A program made the position numbers and the translations under genes. Positions 35,024-42,884 of a stretch of 64,000 nt of DNA are shown one piece after another (within the stretch, counting starts at the first letter, position 1; each line of letters opens with the position of its first letter). Where the stretch lies: NCBI GenBank assembly GCA_963717945.1, contig CAVQXT010000007.1, forward strand, positions 1,006,808 to 1,070,807, written 5' to 3'. Origin of the DNA: an uncultured Acidobacteriota bacterium (GTDB lineage Bacteria > Acidobacteriota > Vicinamibacteria > Vicinamibacterales > Fen-181). Below the pieces are notes generated by a model that worked only from the letters and a program-made list of their open reading frames with translations, was not told the origin of the DNA and did not search any database.

Positions 35024-36126
35024 TCTACCTGATCGGCGCGCTGGTGCACTCGCGGGTCGGCGCGTTCGGCCTGCTGCGCCTCTCGGAATACCTGACCATT
35101 CGGGCGATCGGCGCCGCGCTCACGGCGATCGTCCTCATGCTCATCGTCACGCCCCGCTTGATCTGGTACCTCCACCGGCGCGGCGTGGTGGACCAGTTGC
35201 GCGACACCGGCGTGCCGTCGGCGTTCGACAAGGCCGGGACGCCGGTGATGGGCGGCACGGTGATGATCGCGTGCATCATCATCGGGACGTTGCTGTGGTG
35301 CAACCTGGCCAGCCGCTACGTGCTCACGGTGCTGGTGGCCCTGGTGTGGTTCGGCGCGATCGGCCTGGTGGACGACGTGGCGAAGTGGAAGACGGGGTCC
35401 GGCAACTCCGGCATGACCGAGGCGATGAAGCTCGTGCTCCAGGGCCTCTTCGCCGCCGGGTTCGTGCTGCTGCTGGCCAGCCCGTACTCGCCGCTGCCGG
35501 CGTCGCAGGCGACGACGCTCTACGTGCCGTTCCACAAGTTCCCCATCGCGCGGTCGGCGATGATCTACCTGCCGTTCGTGTTCGTCTTCGTGATGCTCGT
35601 CGGCAACGCCGTGAACATCACCGACGGCATGGACGGCCTGGCGATCGTACCGTCGGTGTTCGTCGTCGGCGTGCTCGGGTTCTTCGCCTACATCATGGGG
35701 AACGCCATCTGGGCGAAGTACCTCTTCTACCCGCTGCTCAAGGACGCCGGCGAGCTGATCGTCTTCTGCGCGGCGTTCGCGGGCGCGGGGATCGGCTTCC
35801 TCTGGTATAACGCCTACCCGGCCCAGATCTTCATGGGGGACGCCGGGTCGCTGGCGATCGGCGGCTGCATCGCCACCATCTCGGTCCTGCTCAAGCAGGA
35901 GGCGCTGTTCCTCATCCTCGGCGGCCTGTTCGTCGTCGAGGCGGCCACGTCGCAGATCCAGGACAAGATCGGCATCAAGTGGCTCGGGCGCCGGCTGTTC
36001 TACCGGGCGCCGTTCCACCACCAGATGCAGCACACCGGCCTGGCCGAGACCAAGGTGGTCATCCGGCTCTGGATTATCTCGGGGATGCTGGCCCTGGCGG
36101 CGCTGGCGACGGTCAAGTTGCGCTAG
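35020..36126 (+). CDS. mraY: MraY-like phospho-sugar:polyprenyl-phosphate transferase
   Basis: GTG 35020 (GTGA overlap with the HEAT stop), in the frame of ORF 29953..36126. KAGTPVMGG, NAVNITDGMDGLA, FMGDAGSLAIGG, APFHHQMQ. Confidence 0.8.
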   Translation: MIYLIGALVHSRVGAFGLLRLSEYLTIRAIGAALTAIVLMLIVTPRLIWYLHRRGVVDQLRDTGVPSAFDKAGTPVMGGTVMIACIIIGTLLWCNLASRYVLTVLVALVWFGAIGLVDDVAKWKTGSGNSGMTEAMKLVLQGLFAAGFVLLLASPYSPLPASQATTLYVPFHKFPIARSAMIYLPFVFVFVMLVGNAVNITDGMDGLAIVPSVFVVGVLGFFAYIMGNAIWAKYLFYPLLKDAGELIVFCAAFAGAGIGFLWYNAYPAQIFMGDAGSLAIGGCIATISVLLKQEALFLILGGLFVVEAATSQIQDKIGIKWLGRRLFYRAPFHHQMQHTGLAETKVVIRLWIISGMLALAALATVKLR

Positions 36127-36127
36127 C

Positions 36128-36255
36128 GCGCAGCGCCTTACGCCGTACGGCCGGATTCGCCCGGGCGCAGGCCTGAAGGCCTGCGCTATCTGCAGTTCTT
36201 GCGGGGATCCACAGATAGCGCAGGGCTTCAGCCCTGCGCAGCAGCGTCAGCGCGA
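36128..36255. repeat. Class-II hairpin-pair element (GCGCAGGCC-TGAA-GGCCTGCGC TATCTG ... CAGATA GCGCAGGGC-TTCA-GCCCTGCGC)
   Basis: Near-identical to 54330-54440 (about 10 differences in ~120 nt by eye). It sits between the convergent mraY-like and phosphoesterase genes. Confidence 0.85.
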
Positions 36256-36259
36256 GTCG

Positions 36260-37396
36260 TCACCGTCTCCTGAGCGTGATCGCGGTGATCTCTCCCGGCC
36301 GGAAGAGGCGCATCGGCGGGCCCCAGAAGCCGGTGCCGCGCGACACGAGCAGCGTCATCCCGTTCACCTCGTAACGTCCGACGACATACGGATACATCAG
36401 CCGCACGACGTGGGTGAAGGGCCAGATCTGTCCGGCGTGCGTGTGGCCCGACAGCATCAAGTCCACGCCCAGCTCGGCGGCGCGTTCGACCTGCCACGGG
36501 CTGTGCGACATGTAGATGGTCGTGCCCGCGGGCCGGTGCGCGAGCGCCCGGTCAACCGGCTGGCCGTTGCCGCCAAACTGGCGGCGGGCCGACAGGTCGT
36601 CGATGCCGGCCAGCACCAGGCCGGGGGCCAGTTCCGTGGCCCGATCCCGCAGGAGCGTGATCCCGGAGGCGTCGAAGATGCGGATCGCCCGGTCGAGCCC
36701 CGCGTAGTACTCGTGGTTGCCGAGCACGCCCCAGACGCCGAGCCGCGCGCGCAGGTGGCGGAACAGCGGCGCGAGCGATTCCGATATCACGCCGTCGTGA
36801 TCGACGAGGTCGCCGGTGACCAGCACGAGATCGGGCCGCAGGGCTTCGACTTGTGCCACGCGCTCCCGGACCCAGTCGCCGCCGAGCAGTGGCCCGATGT
36901 GCAGGTCGGTCAACTGGACGATCCGCAGGCCGTCGTACTCGGGGCGGAGACCGGACACGCGGACTTCGTGCTCGCGCACCTCTGGCGGCCGCAGCCCCTG
37001 GACGAGCGCGACCAGGCTCAGGACGCCGGCCGCCGTGACGGCCAGCCAGCGCGCCTGCCGCCACCAGGAGGGCGTCAGCCAGCCGAAGCCGGTCACGACG
37101 TCGGTGGCCAGCAGGCACACGAGCAGCAGGAAGAGCAGGCCCACCCACACCGACGCGCCGACCTCGAGCGGCAGGGCGGAGCGCCCGACCGAGCGGGACA
37201 GCCACTGGGCCAGCGGGAAGCTGGTCCAGAGAGCCGCCGCGCCGAGCGACAGGCCGAGGTGCCATCCGAATGACGGGCTGGCGGGGAGGTTCCAGAGCCG
37301 GGACACCACATAGAGATGCATGAGTGTCCAGACCCCGAGCACGATCAGAAGAAAGGTCATGATTCGACCGGCGTTGTCCGCGGGGGCGGAGGGCAT
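36260..37396 (-). CDS. Membrane-anchored metallophosphoesterase
   Basis: ORF 36260..37396. N-terminal TMs, then QLTDLHIG, VTGDLVD, GNHEY, SGHTHAGQ. Confidence 0.8.
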   Translation of the reverse strand: MPSAPADNAGRIMTFLLIVLGVWTLMHLYVVSRLWNLPASPSFGWHLGLSLGAAALWTSFPLAQWLSRSVGRSALPLEVGASVWVGLLFLLLVCLLATDVVTGFGWLTPSWWRQARWLAVTAAGVLSLVALVQGLRPPEVREHEVRVSGLRPEYDGLRIVQLTDLHIGPLLGGDWVRERVAQVEALRPDLVLVTGDLVDHDGVISESLAPLFRHLRARLGVWGVLGNHEYYAGLDRAIRIFDASGITLLRDRATELAPGLVLAGIDDLSARRQFGGNGQPVDRALAHRPAGTTIYMSHSPWQVERAAELGVDLMLSGHTHAGQIWPFTHVVRLMYPYVVGRYEVNGMTLLVSRGTGFWGPPMRLFRPGEITAITLRRR

Positions 37397-37413
37397 GGGC
37401 TATCGTAACCGAA

Positions 37414-37463
37414 GGCTCAGGGCTCAAGGAAAGACGGCTCAAGGCTCAAGGCTCAGGGCTCTG
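37414..37463. repeat. GGCTCAR heptamer tract element
   Basis: ggctcag ggctcaa ggaaagac ggctcaa ggctcaa ggctcag ggctctg. Related in reverse complement to 59712-59776, sharing the core GGAARGACGGCTCAAGGCTC. Confidence 0.85.
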
Positions 37464-37500
37464 GCCGGCCTGCAGACGATCACTGTGGTCTAATACGACG

Positions 37501-38193
37501 ATGAGCGGGCCGGTCTATCTCATTCATCGCGCGATCGTCGCGCCCGAGCATCGCGGCGACCGGCAGGGACCGGCCTGGCGCGTCGCCGACACGATGTCGA
37601 TCGCGGCCTTCCATCCCCGGAGCTCGAGCCATCGTCCCGACGCCGAGGCGGCGCTCCTCTACGACCCGTCGCACCTGCACGTCCTGTTCCGGGTGAAGGA
37701 CCGTTACGTGCGCTCGGTGCACACCGCTTACGACAGCGACACCTACAAGGACAGTTGCGTGGAGCTCTTCCTCCAGCCGACGGCAGAGCCGGGCTACTTC
37801 GCCTTCGAGGTGAACTGCGGCGGCGCCTTCTCGCTGCGCTACATCGAGGACCCGACGCGGACCGCCAATCGGTTCGCGAAGTGGTCGCGGGTGGACGAGG
37901 GGCTGGCGGGGGCCATCCGCGTGTCGCACTCGATGCCGGAGGTCGTGGACCCCGAGCAGCCGGGGCCGGTTGACTGGTGGGTCGAGGTCTCGTGGCCGTT
38001 TGCGGTCATGGAGCCGTATTGCGGCGAGGTCCGACCGGTTGCCGGGCGCCTCTGGCGAGGGAACGCGTTCAAGTGCGGCGACGAGACCTCCCACCCGCAC
38101 TGGGCGAGCTGGGCGAGCGTCGGCGAGGCGCTCAACTTCCACCAGCCCAGGTGTTTCGGGGAGCTTCGTTTCGAGCCTTCCCCCCAAGACTGA
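37501..38193 (+). CDS. CBM9/DOMON-like carbohydrate-binding family protein (tentative)
   Basis: ORF 37501..38193. DSCVELFLQP...YFAFEVNCGG...WRGNAFKCGD...NFHQPRCFGELRF. Confidence 0.45.
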   Translation: MSGPVYLIHRAIVAPEHRGDRQGPAWRVADTMSIAAFHPRSSSHRPDAEAALLYDPSHLHVLFRVKDRYVRSVHTAYDSDTYKDSCVELFLQPTAEPGYFAFEVNCGGAFSLRYIEDPTRTANRFAKWSRVDEGLAGAIRVSHSMPEVVDPEQPGPVDWWVEVSWPFAVMEPYCGEVRPVAGRLWRGNAFKCGDETSHPHWASWASVGEALNFHQPRCFGELRFEPSPQD

Positions 38194-38241
38194 AGCAGTT
38201 ACGGGCACGGCCGATAAGATGGGTGGAGTGTTGGTCGGACT

Positions 38242-39576
38242 GTGCCTATGCCTCTTTCCGTCCGGACGCCGTCACCGTCTGTCGCAGACGACGGCCAGGT
38301 TTCGTCGGCAGCCCAGCGTTTTCAGTGGCTTATCGGCTCGCCTCTGCGCGCCGAACTGCTGCGATTCCTGCACGCCCGGCCGGACCACACCTTCGAGCTC
38401 GAGACGCTGACCGGCGCGATCGGGTGCCTCCGCGTCGATGCCGAGCGCTGCCTCGAGTCGCTGATGAACGGAGGCGTGGTCCGGCGGGGCCAGCCCGGCT
38501 CGAACCGCTTTGCCGCCATGCGCCCGTCCGATCCGGGGATGGCGCGCGCGCTGGCCGATTTCCTGGCGGCAGCGGCAGCCTCGACGCCGCGGACCGAGCC
38601 GCCCTCGGTCCGGAAGCTGATGGAGCTGGTCGGGCGCGACGAGAAGATGCTGCTCGTGCTCGAGTCGATCCGCACCGCCGCGAAGACCGACATCTCGGTG
38701 CTGATCCTCGGGCCGACCGGCGCCGGCAAGGAAGTGGCGGCCAAGGCCATTCACGACCTGAGCCGGCGGCAGTCGCGGGCGTTCCAGGCCGTGAGCTGCG
38801 CGGCCGTGCCCGACTCGCTGTTCGAGGCCGAGGTGTTCGGCCACGAGCGCGGCGCGTTCACCGGCGCCCACGAGCGGCGGATCGGGCGGGTCGAGCTGGC
38901 CGATCACGGCACGCTGTTCCTGGACGAGATCGGCGACCTGGCCCTCGTGTCGCAGGCCAAGCTGCTGCGGGTGCTCGAGCAGCGCCAGGTCGAACGGCTG
39001 GGGGGCCGAGTCGGGATCGACGTGGACTTCCGTCTGATCTCGGCGACCAACCGGCCGCTCGAGGTGTTCGTCAGCGAGCAGCGGTTCCGCGAGGACCTCT
39101 ACTACCGCATCAACGCCTTCACGATCCGCCTGCCCGCGCTCAAGGAGCGGCCCGAGGACATTCCGCTGCTGGCCCGCACGTTCCTGGCCAAGCTGTGCGT
39201 TTCGGAAGGGCAGCCGGCCGATGCGCGGCATTTCACGCCCGGCGCGCTCGCCCGGCTCGCCGGTCACTCGTGGCCGGGGAATATCCGCGAGCTCGTCGCC
39301 ACGATCTCCCGCGCGGCGCTGTCGGCCGACGGGCCCGTGATCGCCGAGCAGCACGTCGGCTTCCTCTCCCTCGGCCTGGAGAACGGAACCCAGGTGGTGA
39401 CCGATCGCCGGGTCCGGCCGCTGGCCGACGTCGAGCGCGACCATATCAGCGGGGCGCTTCGCGCCACGGGCTGGAACAAGAAGGAAACCGCCCGCCTGCT
39501 CCGGATCAGCCGCGAGACGCTCTACCGGAAGATCCGGACCTTCCAGCTGGCCGACAGCCGGGAGTCACGCCCGTGA
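38242..39576 (+). CDS. sigma-54-dependent activator (N-terminal wHTH-like domain, AAA+, Fis-type HTH)
   Basis: ORF 38242..39576. GPTGAGKE, FGHERGAFTGA, GNIRELV, TGWNKKETARLLRISRETLYRKI. Confidence 0.85.
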   Translation: MPMPLSVRTPSPSVADDGQVSSAAQRFQWLIGSPLRAELLRFLHARPDHTFELETLTGAIGCLRVDAERCLESLMNGGVVRRGQPGSNRFAAMRPSDPGMARALADFLAAAAASTPRTEPPSVRKLMELVGRDEKMLLVLESIRTAAKTDISVLILGPTGAGKEVAAKAIHDLSRRQSRAFQAVSCAAVPDSLFEAEVFGHERGAFTGAHERRIGRVELADHGTLFLDEIGDLALVSQAKLLRVLEQRQVERLGGRVGIDVDFRLISATNRPLEVFVSEQRFREDLYYRINAFTIRLPALKERPEDIPLLARTFLAKLCVSEGQPADARHFTPGALARLAGHSWPGNIRELVATISRAALSADGPVIAEQHVGFLSLGLENGTQVVTDRRVRPLADVERDHISGALRATGWNKKETARLLRISRETLYRKIRTFQLADSRESRP

Positions 39577-41948
39577 AAAGACTCGAATGGTGGTACATCG
39601 GGGCCGTAGGCGTCGTGGGCGCGATCGCGCTCGGGTACTCGATCCACGACGTCGGCGCGATGCCGTTCGACCGCCGCATGATCCTCCTGGCCGTGCTGAC
39701 GTGGGTGAGCGGGTCGTTCCCGATACGCATCCCCGGCCTCCCGGTCACGATCGGCGTGTCCGAGGCGTTCGTCTTCACGCTCATCCTGCTGTTCGGCGGC
39801 CCGCCGGCGGCGGTGGCCCTTGCCATCGACGGGCTGCTCATCTCGAAGCGGCGCAAGCACCAGGAACCCTACCGAATCCTCTTCAACTTCTCCGAGCCGG
39901 TCATCTCGGTGCTCGCGGCCTCGGCGGTCTTCTACTGGATTTACGGCGGACCACCGCTCGCGACCAGGCCGGCGACGGGCTTTGGCGACGTGCTGCTTCC
40001 GGCGGCGGCCATGACGGCGGTGTATTTCCTGTTCAACAGCGGCCTGAACGCGTTTGCCGTGGCGACCGAGACCGGCGAATCGCCGTACCGCGTCTGGCGC
40101 CAGCACTTTACCTGGCTGTCGCTGACCTACTTCGGCGCCTGCTCGGTCGCGATCCTGCTGGCCGTCAAGTGGCCGGGCCTCTTCAGCCCCGGCGCGGTCG
40201 CGGTGGCCCTGCCCCTGGTCGTCGTCTTCTGGATCACCTTCAAGACGTCGATGGCCCGCGCCGACGATGCCAACAAGCACCTCACCGAGCTCAACCGGCT
40301 ATACCTGTCGACGGTCGAGACGCTGGCGATGGCCATCGACGCGAAGGACCAGATCACGCACGGGCACATCCGCCGCGTCCAGACCTACGCGGTCGGCCTG
40401 GCGAAATACCTCGGCGTCACCGACACGAAGATCCTCCGCGCGATCGAGGCCTCCGCGCTGCTGCACGACATGGGCAAACTGGCGGTGCCCGAGCACATCC
40501 TCAACAAGCCCGGCAAGCTGACCGCGTCGGAGTACGAGCGGATCAAGCTGCACTCCTCGGTCGGGGCGCAGATCCTGTCGGCCATCGACTTCCCCTACCC
40601 GGTCGTGCCGATCGTCCGCCATCACCACGAGAACGTCGATGGCACGGGGTACCCGGACGGCCTGAGCGGCGAAGACATCCCGCTCGGCGCCCGCATCATG
40701 GCGGTCGTCGACTGTTACGACGCCCTGACGTCCGACCGTCCGTACCGGCCCGCCCTGTCCGACGAAGAGGCGCTCGCGATCATCGAGGCGCGGAAGGGGA
40801 CGATGTACGACGCGGGGGTCACCGACGCCTTCGTCAAGGTGCACGCGGAGATCGCCGCCGAGGTCAACGGGCACGAACAGGACGTCAGCGCGCTCAGCGA
40901 GCTGCTGCACCAGCCGCCGTCGGTCGCGGCCGTGGTCCCCGAAAGCGGGCCCGGCTCGGAGGAGACGAGCGCGGCGCTGCTCGCGCTGTCGGACCTCGCG
41001 GCCGAGCTCGCCGGGCACACGGCGGTCGAAGACCTGGCCGTGGCCATCGGGTCGCGCATTCGCCAGACGGTCCCGTGCGATCTCGCGGTCTTCTACCTGC
41101 GGGACCGGGTGACCGACGACCTGGTGTCGGTCTACGCCCTCGGCGCCGGCAGCGAGGTGACCAAGGGCCTCCGCCTGCGGATGGGGGAGGGGCTGAGCGG
41201 ATGGGTGGCCCTGAACCGGACGACGATCATCAACTCGAGCGGGGCGCTCGACCTCACCGACCGCCGGCACGCGCTTCCCGTGCCGCTCGATAGCGCGCTG
41301 GCGACGCCGCTCTACGCGCGTGACAACGTGGTGGGCGTGCTGACGCTCTACGCGGCGTCGCGCGAGGCGTTCACGAGCGCGCACCAGCAGGTCGTGGAGT
41401 TCGCCGCGCGCCAGATCGGGCCGGCCCTCGAACAGGCGCTCAGCTTCGAGAAGGAGCGGATGGCGAGCCTGTTCGACGCCGAGACCGGCCTGCCCAACGA
41501 GAAATACCTCGAGCGCGTGCTGAACTCGGCGATCTACTCCTGCCAGGGCAACGGGCCGAAGCCCGGCATTCTCCTGCTGTCCGGGGCCGGCGATGCGGCA
41601 GAGGCCGCCGGGCAGGGCGGCGAGACCGCCACGCCGGGCGGGCCGAGCCAGCTGGTCAGGCTGGCCGCCACCTGCCGGATGGCCGTGCGCGTGACCGACC
41701 TCGTGTTCCGCACCGGAAAAGACGAGGTGGCCGTGCTCGTGACCGACAGCACGCCCGACGCGATGGCCGCGGTCGCCCGGCGGGTGACCGAAGCCATGAG
41801 CGACGAGGCCCGCGAGCGCGGTCACACGACCATCGAATCGGCGTTCGCGCTGTTCCCCGACCACTCGGCGGAGCCCGCCGATCTGCCCCGCGCCGCGCGC
41901 GCCCGGCGCGTGCAACTGCGGCTGGTCTCCCAAGCCCGCCCGGCCTGA
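39573..41948 (+). CDS. Membrane HD-GYP phosphodiesterase with GAF and degenerate GGDEF-like domains
   Basis: GTG 39573 (GTGA overlap) within ORF 37977..41948. ~7 TM segments, then HGHIRRV...LLHDMGK...HHENVDGTGYPDGL (HD-GYP), a GAF-like region and a GGDEF-like tail lacking GGDEF. Confidence 0.8.
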   Translation: MKRLEWWYIGAVGVVGAIALGYSIHDVGAMPFDRRMILLAVLTWVSGSFPIRIPGLPVTIGVSEAFVFTLILLFGGPPAAVALAIDGLLISKRRKHQEPYRILFNFSEPVISVLAASAVFYWIYGGPPLATRPATGFGDVLLPAAAMTAVYFLFNSGLNAFAVATETGESPYRVWRQHFTWLSLTYFGACSVAILLAVKWPGLFSPGAVAVALPLVVVFWITFKTSMARADDANKHLTELNRLYLSTVETLAMAIDAKDQITHGHIRRVQTYAVGLAKYLGVTDTKILRAIEASALLHDMGKLAVPEHILNKPGKLTASEYERIKLHSSVGAQILSAIDFPYPVVPIVRHHHENVDGTGYPDGLSGEDIPLGARIMAVVDCYDALTSDRPYRPALSDEEALAIIEARKGTMYDAGVTDAFVKVHAEIAAEVNGHEQDVSALSELLHQPPSVAAVVPESGPGSEETSAALLALSDLAAELAGHTAVEDLAVAIGSRIRQTVPCDLAVFYLRDRVTDDLVSVYALGAGSEVTKGLRLRMGEGLSGWVALNRTTIINSSGALDLTDRRHALPVPLDSALATPLYARDNVVGVLTLYAASREAFTSAHQQVVEFAARQIGPALEQALSFEKERMASLFDAETGLPNEKYLERVLNSAIYSCQGNGPKPGILLLSGAGDAAEAAGQGGETATPGGPSQLVRLAATCRMAVRVTDLVFRTGKDEVAVLVTDSTPDAMAAVARRVTEAMSDEARERGHTTIESAFALFPDHSAEPADLPRAARARRVQLRLVSQARPA

Positions 41949-41978
41949 CGGCCGAGGGCGGTGGGCGGCCCGGGATCA

Positions 41979-42006
41979 TCAGATAGAGCAGGGCTTCAGC
42001 CCTGCT
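41979..42006. repeat. Solitary class-II hairpin CAGATA-GAGCAGGGC-TTCA-GCCCTGCTC
   Basis: Read directly. It differs from the 36.2 kb and 54.4 kb copies by a paired C>A / G>T change that keeps the stem. Confidence 0.8.
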
Positions 42007-42081
42007 CCTCAACCCGCCTCCTTCAGATGGCGCCGGCGGCGGTAAAATGGGGCGACCGAAGGACTCTCCCCGGAGGGCACC

Positions 42082-42720
42082 ATGAGCGCATCGGGCCGGT
42101 GCGTGGTCGCGATCTCGCGGCAGGTCGGCGCGGGCGGCGCGTACGTCGGACAGGCCCTGGCCCGCACGCTGGGTGTCCGGTACGTCGATCGCGAGATCCT
42201 CAAGGAAGCCGCGTCCCTGCTCGGCCGGGACGCCACCGAGATCGAGAGCCTCGAGGAGCGCGTGTCCACGCTCTGGAGCCGGATGGCGGGCGCGCTGGCC
42301 TGGGGCGGGCCGGAAGCCACCTACATGCCGCCGCCGATGCCGGCCCTCTACGAGGAGGATCTGTTCGCCGTCCAGGCGCGGATCATCCGTCAGATCGCCG
42401 CGCAGGAAGAAGCGGTGTTCGTCGGCCGCGCGGCCACGTGGGTGCTGCGGGAGCGCGCGGACCTCATCAGTGTCTTCCTGCACGCGCCGGAGGCGATCCG
42501 CGTCGAGCGCGTGGCGCGGGAATATGGCATGAAGGACCCGGAAGAGGCCCGCAAGATGGTCTCCCGCTCGGACCAGCAGCGCAGCCGGTTCCTGCAGTCG
42601 GTGACCGGCGGGTCCTGGCTCGACCTCACCCACTATCACCTGTGCGTGGACACGGGCGTTGTCGGCCTCGACGACACCGTCAAGCTCCTGGTCGGGCTGG
42701 CGGCGGCGCGGAGGGGTTGA
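42082..42720 (+). CDS. Cytidylate-kinase-like (AAA, Cytidylate_kin2) family protein
   Basis: ORF 42082..42720. VVAISRQVGAGGAYVGQALARTLGVRYVDREIL. Confidence 0.6.
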   Translation: MSASGRCVVAISRQVGAGGAYVGQALARTLGVRYVDREILKEAASLLGRDATEIESLEERVSTLWSRMAGALAWGGPEATYMPPPMPALYEEDLFAVQARIIRQIAAQEEAVFVGRAATWVLRERADLISVFLHAPEAIRVERVAREYGMKDPEEARKMVSRSDQQRSRFLQSVTGGSWLDLTHYHLCVDTGVVGLDDTVKLLVGLAAARRG

Positions 42721-42734
42721 CGGCGGCCCGTCAG

Positions 42735-42791
42735 GCGGGTCTGAAGACCCGCTCTACGTACGGATTTGTAGGCCGGCCCTTCAGGGCCGGC
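42735..42791. repeat. Head-to-head hairpin pair GCGGGTC-TGAA-GACCCGC CTAC ... GTAG GCCGGCCC-TTCA-GGGCCGGC
   Basis: Read directly. It has the same architecture as class-II elements (inner GTAG/CTAC, TGAA/TTCA loops). Confidence 0.75.
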
Positions 42792-42884
42792 GCCAGGTGG
42801 TCCGGGACGCCCGTGTTGCGCTTCTGCCCCATTCCTGTCAAACTAATGACATCTGCATCGACTTAGATTGAGACCTTCCGTCAG

